The translations under genes were made by a program, and so were the position numbers. The notes under the pieces are model-generated. The model did no database searches. It saw only the letters and a list, made by a program, of their open reading frames with translations, and was not told the origin of the DNA. A DNA stretch of 64,000 nucleotides from Podarcis gaigeae (taxonomy: Eukaryota). The first letter of the stretch is position 1. Every line of letters begins with the position of its first letter. Where the stretch lies: assembly GCA_964106915.2 (NCBI GenBank), contig OZ066916.1; one strand, written 5' to 3'. Positions 24,915-36,920 of the stretch are shown one piece after another.

Positions 24915-25830
24915 GGATGCAGGTGACCTCCCTGGGGCACAAACCTGGGCAGTGCGTATGGAGGTCCTGGGCTGCCCAGATGATGACCCCACTTTTGGCC
25001 CTGCTGATGTGGTCCAAAGGAAAACAGAGCAATATGTTTGTCACCAGCTTGGCTGCAGGAGTTTCTGGAAGGAGGCATACAAGGCATCAGCCTATTGCCT
25101 TAGGGACTCCACTCTGGATTTGTATAGGGTTTACTCCTTGGCCTTTTCTTACTCCAAATATATCCTGCAAGGCAGTGGAGGTTTAGGATCAGAGTTTCCT
25201 TTCTCCTAGATGGGCCACCTTCCCAGGTTGAGGAGCCCCATCTGGCCCTTATTTCCCTCTGCATCTCATGCAGAAACCACCTTCTTGACCATGCGTAGGC
25301 AAACTAAGGCCTGGGGGCTGGATCCAGCCCAATAGCCTTCTAAAACTGGCCTGTGGACAGTCTGGGAATCAGCGTGTTTTTAAATCAGCATCCTTTTATT
25401 TAAAATACATCTCTGGGTTATTTGTGGGGCCTGCCTGGTGTTTTTACATGAGTAGAATGTGTGCTTTTATTTAAAATGCATCTCTGGGTTATTTGTGGGG
25501 CATAGGAATTCATTCCCCCCCCCCTTCGAAATATAGTCTGGCTCCCCACAAGGTCTGAGTGACAGTGGACCAGCCCCCTGCTGAAAAAGTTTGCTGACCC
25601 CTATTCTTGACCATTAAACCCACTATTGTCTCATTTGCTCAATCTGCCTGAGCCTGTCTTCACATGCAGGAAAAGTCCTTTACTCACTGAGACCCATCAG
25701 CTACTCTCTTCTAGTTTAGCCAGCCAGACAAAGCTTTTCTTGGGATGTGGCCAATGTTGCATGCTGACAGCTTCTAGGAGCCACAGGTGAGAGTTGAGTG
25801 CAAGGTAGGGGGACCAATGATGGATGAAGT
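24915..25830 (-). mobile_element. Degenerate RTE-like LINE 5' region, split by a hAT element
   Basis: Resembles RTE-clade 5' UTR segments (from recall); sequence is continuous across the TTCTTGAC TSD. Confidence 0.4.
25290..25603. mobile_element. hAT Charlie-like non-autonomous element
   Basis: 8-bp TSD TTCTTGAC at 25282-25289 and 25604-25611; ends CATGCGTAGGCAAACT / AGTTTGCTGACCCCTA. Confidence 0.85.
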
Positions 25831-28800
25831 GATGCTATTTGTCTGGGATCCCTCTAGAATGGCTGGAGGCAGTTTTGAAGAGAGTCCCTGGAAGGCAACC
25901 CGTGACAACGACAAGTAGGTAAAGGTTCAACCAAAGCCTCAGAGTTTCAGCCTCCTCCTCAGGTCTTCAGCCTGACCTGGCCTGTGAATGCAATAGAACT
26001 ACAGTAGACTGTACCACTTCTGGTTGCACTTGGCTCCCATGAAACCTCCCTTCCCATTAGGAGGAATTGTTCCCATTGTGTTTTCTAGATGCAATGTGTT
26101 ATGTAAGTGAGGATTCATAAATGGGATTCCTCGCCTCTAAATTGACGTGCTACAGCTCCTTTGTACCAACTCTTTCACATCATGTGCTAATTCCTAGGCA
26201 GAAGTGGCTCAGTAGTAAGGACAGAGCAGCAATGCTATCTTCTGAGCGGATGGATCACCATTGCATACCAGGAGGGAGATTGAGAGAAACAAGGTGGTAG
26301 AGAGGTCAGCACAGTGCACACACATGAGCAGGAGTGTTGGATAGGCTCCGCAGCCGCATTTGCACTGTGACAACCTCTCTACCATCTCACCCTTCTCCCA
26401 GGAAGCAACAGCAGCCCTTCTGCCTGTACACAAGTCTTGTGGCTCAGCTCCACCCAGTGAGCCATTTCTGTTCCTAGGCCTCAGGCTGGGAAAGAAGCAG
26501 CTCAGTTTTCACCTGGGCAGCCAGAGGCTGAATTTTATTGTCCCTCTCTTCACAGTGAAGCTTGGTGTGATTTCGCATGCAGTCAGCCAAGCAAACCTCC
26601 CTGTGCATTTCTTGCTCTGCAGTGTTTCCACCTGCCACTATCAGACTTGCTAGTCTCTCCTTTGCTAAGCCAGGAGACAGGCACGAGCAATATGAGGCAA
26701 CTCCCAATTTGTCAATAGCCACTCCCAGCCATTAGATAAGGTTTGCGACAGTCAAGATGAAAGAGATTGAGGACCTTGTAAATTCACAGAGGAACCTTGA
26801 ACATTGCCTGGTAGTGTGTGGGCAGCCATTGTAGTCTTTTGAACAATGCAGTTATGTGCTGGTGATAGTTTGCCCCCAGCAACAGATTCTTTTGACCTTT
26901 TCTGGCCTGTGAAAAGGACCACCTGGTTGATCCTCACCCCCCAATAAGCCTTCAAAGAAGCTTTGAGATGAAATAGTGTCGAATTCTGGTGTTATGAGTG
27001 TGGGTTTCCTTCTCCTACCCCTTTGAGACCTTTGGTGAGAACTGAAGCTGTCTTACAGGTTCTGGAACAAACTTTGGCATTATTCCTGGCAACGTCTAGA
27101 GGAAAAGATGTGGATAACCACTTCAAAAGTCATTTTTTTCATTTTTCAAAATATGCATTATTCTCCTGGCATTGACTAGACAGTATTCTCCCTCAAGCTT
27201 CCTAGTGCCATAAATTAAATATTCTAAACTTAGTTTAGGATAATAATGAAAGTCCTTTGATGTCAGCCTAATTTCTAATAGCGCTAAATGCAGCAAAGCT
27301 CAGCGCGCCGTCCTCATTAACCAGAAACACACTGCGGTGTAAGTTCTCGCCGCAACGCAGGATTTCTCCTTTGTATCTAAGGAAGTTGGGACGTTTCTCT
27401 GCATCAAAAACAGAGCTGTTCATCTATGGCTCAATCTAAAGCCCCATGAAATCAATGAAAAACCTTCCACTGCAGTATCAAAAAGAGTTACCAAGAAGCA
27501 TTTTGCTCCTAGTTATAGAGATACAGTCTGGGTGACTTGGCCTCTTGTGTTGGAATGGAATACCCAAATGTATCAGCCTCTGGCCAAGCAACCTGCCAGG
27601 GCAGGAGCCCCCAGAATTCATTTTTGGAAAATATTTGTGATGGAACAACCCAGAATGCTGTGCAGAGAAGGGCTTCCACTGCTACAAGTGACTTCCACGG
27701 CTCCAATTGGCATATGCATAGTATGTATGGATATTTCTCATTCCTGCCAGCCCCTGAAGATACAAAACAGAGATTCAGAGTCCATTCTAATAATATGCTG
27801 CCAAGCAACTGTCACAGAAACAACCTCACTTGTGCACAACATCAACGTAACTCATTGGAGACTAGATAAGATCTCACAAAATATAATCCATGATACATTT
27901 TTATTTTAGGAAATGTTGACCCTGTCTTTCCATCCAAGGGTTCTCAGAGCAGCCAACGATTTTTTTTTTTTAAAAACCCAAAAATAATTCACAGTGCATT
28001 AAATCTGATGTCTTCCTTGGTTCCAAATCCACATCAAGGCAGAAGGGTTTTTTTTTTTTTATAAAAAAGCATTTTTTTTCATCTCTTGAAAAACAACAAC
28101 AACATATGTTTCTTTTAATTAAAGTAATCAGTGCAAACTTATTTAACCAAAACACAGGGGTCAATGTAACGGTGGGGCAGAGAATCATCATGGAGAGTTT
28201 AAAACTGATTAATCAGAAATAGCAGACACAGCTTTTGCTGATTAGGATTGGGATTTCGCCTCGTTCCACTCTCCCCCCAACCACAAGTCCTACCACTGTT
28301 GTGGAGGTGTTTGTTGCAAGGTTTTCTAGTTGTAACTGGTTTGTTTTTTGTCAGGTCACTGCCTGAGTCAGGTCAGGGCTTGGCTTGGCTTTGAAACAAT
28401 GTCCTCTTTCAAACTGGCCTCACAAGAGACAGTGCAAATGTTCAAGTTGTCAATTAGCAAGAGAAAGTGGGTCATGTCTCCCCTGGAAAACCTAGAACAC
28501 TCAGATTTCCATTCTAAAATGGAAACAAATGTGAAAGCCAGCATTCAAAATACCTTTCTCTTTTCTTTTTCAGCATCACGCAAAATATCTAAAAGCCTTC
28601 GTGAAACAATAATGCGATGCCTTCACTTTATTTTGCTGTTTTTCAGTGAGTTGAGGCGATAAGCAGAACAGACCAAAGATATATGAGGGAGGCCCTGTAA
28701 GCTTTCTCTCATATGCACATTGTGACCTGGTCTCTGCAACTCATTGCAAAAGCTTACAATCATAAAATTGTGCCCGCAGATTTGTGGAATTGCCTCCCAC

Positions 28801-29681
28801 CAAAAAGAGGGGGGATGCCTGTTTTAAGGACCTTGTGGTCCATTTAAGAGTGCAATAAAAAACTTTTTTTAAAAAAAAATCGGATTTGCTTTCAAATACT
28901 GACAGTGAGATTTCAGAGTTGCAAGCACGGCCTGCTACTTCTGTTTTAAGAGTTGATTGCATTTTTTTGTTTATCTTACTGTTTTAGTGGTGTTATTGGT
29001 GACATTCTTCTTGGTAATACCTTTTCAAAAAGCAGATTTTAAATGCTCTAAATAAAAATAAGAACCATAAACTGCTATGACTCTATACCTAGGATGGGGG
29101 GGGGGAGGAGAGACGGTGCCTTTTCCATTCACATCTCCTCAGTATTGTTGGACTTCAACTCCCACATGCCCCACCCATTGTGGACGATGGTCAGGGGCGA
29201 TGGGAATTGTGGTCCAGCAACGTCTCAAGGTTTCCCTAATTCTTTCCCCTGCACTAAGCCATCTTTCTTATATGGTAGAAATTTAATCACTGAGTGTACC
29301 TCACGACACAGAGACCTGAAGGCAGTACAAGGAGGGGTTTTATGTTTTCAGAGGCATTCTTAAATATCAAAGTAACATAGGAGACACCTAAAAAACAACA
29401 ACAGCCTACCAAGAATGTTAAAGAAATTAAAAATGAAATGAAACATTTTTAAAATAAAATTAAAGCATTAATAAGATGTAAAAACGTTTCAAAACAAATC
29501 ACATACCCTCACAGGTAATAATTTCAGGGTTCAATACCTTTCAGGCATCGAACAGCTGGGCAAAGATGTGTTTAAATGCCATCTTGTTGTTAATAATGAG
29601 GGAGAAAAAGGTGCACCACCCCAGGGAAGGCATTCCAAAAAGACAGAGCCACCACCAGGAAGGCCGTACTGTAGCTCAGCG

Positions 29682-29771
29682 CATAGCTGTCAACTTTCCC
29701 CTTTTTTTAAGGGAAATTCCCTTATTCCGAATAGGATTCTTTGCAAGAAAAGGGAAAAGTTGAAAGCTATG
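29682..29771. mobile_element. 90-bp hAT MITE inside a decayed L2 fragment
   Basis: TIRs CATAGCTGTCAACTTT / AAAGTTGAAAGCTATG; 8-bp TSD GCTCAGCG. Confidence 0.9.
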
Positions 29772-30478
29772 GCTCAGCGGCCTCAGGGGAGGCCACCACC
29801 ACCACCAGTGCCAATCAATCAATCAATCTCAACCCTCTCTTCTGCCTCTTACTTCCTGGCTCCCTCAACAAGTGATTGATGTCAGAGCAAATGGCATTCA
29901 CCATCTATTTGTGCACTGAATGGGCACAATTCTCCACTGCACCCAAGAATCTTTGGATTGGGGCAATTACTTGGAAACAAGCCCCCGTGATATCTGTAGC
30001 ACTGATATCCAAATATGCGCGTTTCAGATCGAAGCCTACAGTGACAATCCTTTGCAAATTCTCCAGGGATTGCAGCTCAGCGGCATGCTTTCTAAATGTA
30101 CATGCTTTGGCTCACACTGTGAACATGAAGTCAGAAGCATTAAAAACGCTATAATAAAGGCATGACAAATGACTGTGCTAACAGTATGTATCGATAATGG
30201 CATGTATTAATGAGAGGGTTGCTCCATTTCCCTTTTCATCAGGTTGTCAGCTCAGGAGAGAATTTCTTTTATCCATCTGATGGCATTTCCCCCGCCGACA
30301 CTGATGTCTAAAATCATGCACTCAGTCTGATTGTTACTTTGGCTCAAGCATTTAGCCCAATAGCCGCAGTGACCTTTTGGAAGTCTAAAAACATATAGAA
30401 ATGTACAAAAAAAATTAAAGCACCACAGAGCTGGAAAAATACAGGGTATGGAGCTATGTGACCCAGGGACCCAAGGTA

Positions 30479-30719
30479 CAGTGGTACCTTGGGTTAAGAA
30501 CTTAATTTGTTCTAGAGGCCCGTTCTTAACCTGAAACTGCTCTTAACCTGAGGTACCACTTTAGCTAATGGGGCCTCCCATTGCTGCCATGCCGCTGCGG
30601 CAAGATTTCTGTTCTCATCCTGAAGCAAAGTTCTTAACCTGAGGTAATATTTCTGAGTTAGTGGAGTCTGTAACTAAAGTGTCTGTAACCTGAAGTGTCT
30701 GTAACCTGAGGTACCACTG
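30479..30719. mobile_element. Tigger-like MITE
   Basis: CAGTGGTACC...GGTACCACTG with TA TSD. Confidence 0.92.
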
Positions 30720-30827
30720 TACAACCTTTAGAAGAGATGTGAGGGGAAGGTTTTTTATGTTTAATGTTTTATTATGTTTTTATATATGTTAGAGGCAACC
30801 CAGTCAGATGGGTGGAGTATAAATAAA

Positions 30828-30828
<1 letters not shown>

Positions 30829-30858
<30 letters not shown>

Positions 30859-30876
30859 CTTCTTCTTCTTCTTCTT
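30829..30876. repeat. (CTT)16 microsatellite
   Basis: Read directly from the sequence. Confidence 0.95.
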
Positions 30877-31956
30877 GAATAGGACATCCCTGTTTTCATT
30901 TGAGAAATGTTGGAGGGTATGCATGCAGCCCAGCATTTATCCAAGAATATAAGATGTGGGAAGAATTTGTTGCCATTTCGTGTTACAAGTAGGAGCACAT
31001 GTGGTGTGCCTCCCTCCCCAGAAACCAAGCCTATATCTTAATAGTTCCCCTCTACCTCCCCCCTGCCACCGCCCCACACCTTCCGACTTAATTGCCAGCG
31101 AAGATGAAAGCCAAGAGTCGAAAAGCTAAAGGTCAGGCTCCACCTGTTCTAACAGCAGCTCCGTTTTCTGCGAGATAGCAAACAATGGCGGCAGATAAGT
31201 AAGAGATTACAGCAATGCATTCGTCCAGTGGAGGCAATGAAAGCACAGCTTACGCTCACCCCATTCACATACAGGAAAGAGAAATGGCCAGGCTAGATGT
31301 GTTTAGATTGTAAGGCTGGGCATACAAAGGAGTGTATGGTGACAAGGTAAAAGGTTGAGTAAGAGTTACAAGGTGCCATAGCCCTACAGGTGCCCAAAGA
31401 ATAAGGCAGATTGAAAGTGGGGGTTTTTTTTAAAAAAAAAAAGAAGAAGAAAGAAAGAAATCTGCTTTTAATAGGCTAAGCCCTTTTAAAAAAATAATAG
31501 GCAGGATTTACATTATTAAAAAGACTGGAAATGCAGAAAAGATTAAACTCTGATAAGCGGCCACCATAAACCTTTGACTTGTACTGTATCAATATTCTGT
31601 GGACCTTCTCTATGGCTGCACCTAAATTGTGGAGCTCCTTGCTTCACTCCCATCTTCATTCGAGCTGAATGCATATGAGAGGCACACTTTCTCCATTGTT
31701 TCCCAAGACAGACGGGTGCCAATGAAAAATTGTGTATTCTATTGGTCATAGGCCATAGGCGTCGTCCTTTTAAAGTTTTTGGATCTTGTCATATCTGAGT
31801 TTTAGAAATGCATGATGCTTAATTAGTGCCTTAACTTTGTTTCAGGAGTGGTGAAACTTTGGCCCTCCAGATGTTGCTAAACTGCAGCTCCCATCAGCCC
31901 TTGCAGCATCTGGAGGACCAAAAGTGTCCCACGGTCACGTTATTCTTCTGCATCTA

Positions 31957-32286
31957 CAGTGGTGCCCCGCAAGACGAACGCCTCGCAAGACGAAAAACCC
32001 GCTAGACGAAAGGGTTTTCTGTTTTGGAGGCGCTTCGCAAAACGAATTCCCCTATGGGGTTGCTTCGCAAGACAAAAAAAGTCTTGCATCCCCCCGCGGG
32101 TTTTTTTCGCTTTTTTCGCCCTTTTCTTAAGCCGCTAAGCCGCTTATCAGCTGTTCCGCTGATAAGCCGCTTAACAGCTGATCGCTGGAAGCCGCTTGAC
32201 AGCTGTAGCGCTAATCCGCTAAGCTGTCAATGGGCTTGCTTCGCAAGACGAAAAAACCGCTAGACGAAGAGAATCGCAGAACGAAT
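31957..32286. mobile_element. Tigger/pogo-like MITE, second family, right TIR missing
   Basis: TA then CAGTGGTGCCCCGCAAGACGAA; repeated AGACGAA subterminal motifs; CpG-rich. Confidence 0.7.
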
Positions 32287-33621
32287 GTATTTATTGGCCA
32301 GGGAATATATTTTCGGTAATTGATTTTTAAAAAAACAACCTATAGAATTGCGAACGGAAGTTAGTTATAACTTCAAAGATCCTGAGCATGTCTTCTTGCT
32401 GTACAGAACACATTTGCTTGGATCCTGACCTTGTTTTTGGAGACAGAAGAGGGAGAAGGAGCAACTTTTGCCTCTTTCCTCTTCCTCCTTGCACCCTCCC
32501 AAAATCTGCTCTTGTCAACATTTTAGTGTCCATTTCTCCAAATGCACACATTTTTGCAATAGCATATTATATTCACTAATATATTTTATGCACTCTTTCC
32601 TCTAAGATATTCTTTTTTTATACCCCCTCCCTTTTGTTGGAAGATTGCAATATTCGGAGTAGTGTACATTTGGAAGAATAGCTGCATTTTAGTTCACATA
32701 TTGCTTCAAGAAGTGCAAATTAAGTAGCTTCATATTTAAATGTGAAGGGAACCCGATTCCACCCGCCTTCCTACTTCTTGGTAGCCAGACAAAGTCGGTG
32801 CGAACATTTCACATACCTTTGGGTTTATCCAACAATGTCTTCCCAGTGTGTGCTACTTCTTCAAGAATGTTAAGCTTCTCCATTCTGATTCAATTTTCAG
32901 AAATGATCCTATAAAGCCCCCAAAAATGCACTTGAAAGAAATAACCACCGCTTTATGGAGCAATAGAAAATAGCCACCCACTGCTAGGGAGTAGGTAGAG
33001 AGCTTGGTAAGTAAGGGGAATGATTTGCCAAGCCAGTTAAAAGATAATTGAAACCTGAAATTAAAACAATCCGCAAATCCCCAAATGATTATCATGGATG
33101 CAGGGGCAGAAGGGAGACTTTCAGAATAATAATAAAAACACTGTACATCTAAGTAGTTAGGGGTTGCTGAAGGTGTTCAACCAACAGAGGCTGGCCTGAG
33201 TCCTGGATTGTCCTCCAGAGGCCATGGGGCCCAATGACCTTGCTGGCTACTCATGTTGCACGCAGCGTAAGGGGCTGCTAAAAAACTTGCATCTGTTGCT
33301 GTTTTTCACCCATGCTCCCCACACATCTTCCCTAGGATCCATACCATTTTTCAGGTGGATTTTCTAGCGGTGATGGCCGGTGCTCATTGGATTGGTATGA
33401 GTAGGATGAGCCAGAACCAATGACCGTTAAAGCTAAGTTCATCTAATTATGTTGCCATCCTCGTCTCTGCTGAGCACTACAAGGGCAACACTGAAACTGA
33501 AAAGGCCAGCAGGAAGTCCCTCCCCCAATTATGGCAATCTTCTTTATTTTTTCCCCAAAAGGGGGAAGCCAGAAATTATTGGTAAGCATCAGAAGGAAAA
33601 CAAGTATGTTATTTTTCATTC

Positions 33622-34422
33622 TTGACTTCCAGTCATAATGCCACTACCGAGCTTCAGGAGGAGGTGGGGTTGCGGGCTCTCGACCCCCCCCACACACACT
33701 CCCGCGGGGCTGGCGTCAGCCTCGTGGGAAGCAGGGATTCCCCTTGTTTCGCATCACCGCGCACCAGCCAATCGGCTGGCGGCAGGGGCGGGCCTTCTAG
33801 AGTCCACTTAAGGTCGGGGCAGCCCTTGGCTCGCCCCTTTTCTCTCTTACAGCTGACGCGGTTTCCCACCCACCCACCCCTTAGGTTTGCCATCGACATT
33901 GCTATGGGCTTCGGCTGGTTGCCGCAAGGGGCCAGGTAGGAATTTTTCCATTTGGCTAATTGGCTGGTTTTTGGAGCCACTTGGTTTTTTCGCCTACCTC
34001 GTAGCAAATTGTCACAACTTCCTCGGTTTTGGCGGTAGGCATTGGCCGGGGTATTGTCATGCAAATGAGATCGGGGGGGAGGAGCGCCATCACCTCCCCC
34101 AAGCTTGAAGGGTAGTTCGTTAAAGGACTCCGAGGGGCGACGCCTCGTCCGGAACCTACGGAGGCTAGGGCCTAAAGCGCGTCCCCGAGCGGTAACCCCT
34201 CGGGGAGCGCCTAGGGATATGCATCTCGGGTAGCTCCCCCTGTTGGTGTTTAACCCTTCCCGGTTAGACCGGATAGTCGGTTAGGGGCCAATGCCTAAAG
34301 CCAATACCTCTCTTACCTGTAATCAATAAAGTTGTGGCCATTTTCACCCATTAACCTAAATACTTGTGTCCGGTGTCTTCATTCATTCCACCTGTGGGGG
34401 GGGGGAGGGAATAGCCACGCAA
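33622..34422 (+). mobile_element. Ngaro/DIRS-like (tyrosine-recombinase retroelement) terminal repeat unit
   Basis: CpG-rich, no TSD, AATAAAGTTGTGGCC motif and CACGCAA end shared with 44697-45560 and 56557-56952. Class assignment from recall; left boundary uncertain. Confidence 0.65.
33766..33812 (+). promoter_or_regulatory. Retroelement promoter: CCAAT box, GC box, TATA-like
   Basis: AGCCAATCGG (33766-33775), GGGGCGGGCC (33785-33794) and CTTAAG (~33807) in canonical order. Confidence 0.5.
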
Positions 34423-35200
34423 TAAACAGCAGAGTTTTGAAACTGTTCAGGGATACTGTTAAATAAAGACACTTGTCAAGTTTTCTTTTTTAATGAGCTT
34501 GTTAAAAATTCAGATCTGGGGTTCTGTATTTATTTTTTTCCTTGTGTGTGTAAAATGATCGTTTTCTTTCATTTAGAAAGAACATGTTTTGGCAGATCAC
34601 AGCTTCGGAATGCAGAAAGACATGTTGTCGCAATTAAAAAGAAAAGCTTTCAGATTAACCATCGCGTAAGGGTTGAACGCTTCCTTTGGGTTCTCTTGCA
34701 TTTTATCATTGTATTAACATTTGTGCCCTGGGGGGCAACATGGATTGTTTTGACAGCATGAAACCGCACTTTTGACAACTTTAGCTGCGATCCCACCCCC
34801 ACCCCCACTCCGCAAGTTCTTGTATATCTTTTAACATATTATTACATTATGCAATAACAACTCATGAATCCAGCACCTTTGACAACAAAGGCCCCACCTG
34901 CACCATGCATTTAAAGCAGCATCATACCAGTTGAAGCAGACATGGCTTCCCCCAGAGAATCCTGGGAACTGTCATTTGTTAAGGGAGCTGAGAGTTTTTA
35001 GCCTATTCCCCTTCCAGAGCTACAGTTTCCAGAGTTTCCTCAGGAAGAGGGATCATTAATCCACCCTGCATAATTGTAGCTCTAAAAGTGGGACGGGATC
35101 TCCTGTTCATACTCCTGTTTACTGTGCACACACTTCATTTCCAGTCCTGGGTTTTAAATCTGTGTCCACACGATACTATCATAAATGGCTATTTACCCTA

Positions 35201-35439
35201 TACACCTTGGTTCTCGAACTTAATCCATTCCGGGAGTCCATTCGACCCCCAAAACCATTCAAAAACCAAGGTGTGGCTTCCAATTGGCTGCAGGAGCTTC
35301 CTGAACTCAATCAGAAGCCACAGTGGACATTCGGCTTCCAAAAAAATGTCCACAAACCGGAACACTCACTTCTGGGTTTGTGGCCTTCGGGAACCAATTT
35401 GTTTGACCACTAAGCCGTTCGGGAACCAAGGTAGCACTG
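35201..35439. mobile_element. Tigger-like MITE, third family (degenerate)
   Basis: ACCTTGGTTCTCGAAC / GTTCGGGAACCAAGGTAGCACTG inverted ends. Confidence 0.7.
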
Positions 35440-35804
35440 TGCTTTGATAATACTGCTTGGTGCATTTTTTCTCAGACCAACTTCACACCCCATCTTTGCA
35501 TGGGTTAAAGGCAGCATCGCCCCCCTAGAGGCTGGAGGGTGGGAAAGAGCTGTGAAGCACACTGGAGGAAAAACAACTTAGCTGTGCTGTAAAGAGGCAA
35601 CGTGAACAACATGCCCTTTGTCAAAATGTTGGTGGGGAGAGTTTGAGTTCTCCTTCACCCCAGACCCCCCAGATGAAAGCTGAATCCCTGGAAGAACAGG
35701 ACTTATAGTTCAATGGTAGAGTACAGCACATCCTTTGCATTTGTGAGATAACAATGTTTTCCGTTGATTTCATTCATTTGTGAGGGTGGGTGAAAGAGAA
35801 AAAG

Positions 35805-35955
35805 AACTTAGGAAGTTGCCTTCTATTGAGTCAGACCTTGTGTCCATCTAACCTGGTACTGTCAACCCTGACTGGCAGCAGCTCTCCAGGGTTTCAGATG
35901 GGGGCATTTGCCAGCCCAACCTGAGACCCTTTGCATGGAAAGTATATGCTGAGGT
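35805..35955 (-). mobile_element. tRNA-Ala-like SINE with CR1-type tail
   Basis: Reverse complement of the family at 52245-52362. Confidence 0.65.
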
Positions 35956-36785
35956 ATAGATCTGCCCTCTTTTTTTCCCATTGCTATTCACAGCACCATT
36001 TTTACAGCATCAGGCAAGTTTCTTTTTAGGGTGAGAACCAAGGACTCATGCTTGGAGTTTAAACATGCTGAAAAACTCCTGCCTTTGCTCTTGAATTCCT
36101 CTGAAATGGAGCTCTGTTGCTTCTGATGGCGGACTAACACCTAGGAAAAGAAATAAATGTATGCCAACAACCCAGCTCATACCACACAAAGTGTCAGACT
36201 ACCCTTTCCCAGACACATGGAAGGAATCTGCCATGTACCATCTCATTAACCACCTGCAAACATTTTGGTGATGCAATCCCCATGTTATGCCATGCATTTG
36301 TTTTCATATTCTGTACAGTATTTGCAATATATTTTTAATCAAAGCAAAGCTCGCTTTCATCCGTCAAAGCCAAACGTCTCCTTTCAGACCATTTGTTGAC
36401 TCTTTTCAATACCCATCCTTCATTTCAGTTCTTCTCCCAAGGCGTACTGCAGCCAAGCAGAAAAGTATTATTTTAACAAATGGAACGGGGTTCAGCAAAG
36501 GCTATTTCTGAATTCAGAGGCAATCAAAACACAGAGGGAAAGATTCTGTCCTCTGCTCCTGTTGGCCCAAGAATGAAGAAGAAATTCAAAATTGATTGCA
36601 CCCCTTTGTCCCATTATATGTAACAACAGCGCTTCCTACCATAATGGTTAAAAATAGGGAAAAGACTTGCTGAGAAACTCAGTGTTGAGCTTATCCATAT
36701 GGATGTTTTTCTGATTCCCATGTCACTCCTTAATCTTCTTGCCATACATCCAGTTCAACTAAAAATACAAGACTTGCATATTATA

Positions 36786-36920
36786 TCACAGAATTATAGA
36801 AAATTGTAGAGTTGGAAGAGACCATGAGGATCATCGAGTCCAATCCCCTGCAATGAAGCTGTCCCATAGGGGGATCGAACCTGCAACCTTGGCATTATCA
36901 GTACCACGCTATAACCAACA
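36786..36920 (-). mobile_element. tRNA-Ile-like SINE head fused to a CR1 tail
   Basis: Minus strand GTTGGTTATAGCGTGGTACTGATAATGCCAAGGTTGCAGGTTCGATCCCC, then CATTGCAGGGG...TTCCAACTCTACAATT. Confidence 0.75.

Larger units (their letters stand above)
30442..30921 (+). mobile_element. Second copy of the composite hAT-like element
   Basis: Same order as 14050-14293: GGGTATGGAG, L2 tail GGCAACCCAGTCAG, then GAGAAATGTTGGAGGGTATG. Confidence 0.7.

Noticed and set aside
31957-32286. Spaced AGACGAA repeats as a CRISPR-like array
   Set aside because: Eukaryotic DNA with irregular spacing; these are MITE subterminal repeats.
33650-34300. CpG island as a host gene promoter
   Set aside because: The CpG richness is explained by a young repeat with two relatives in this window.
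35515-35535. CTCF-like motif CCTCTAGGGGGGCG on the minus strand
   Set aside because: An extra G displaces the key GGC core, so the match is weak.
36860-36920. tRNA gene (also near 5420 and 39690)
   Set aside because: These are degenerate SINE heads joined to LINE-derived tails, without an intact cloverleaf or terminator.
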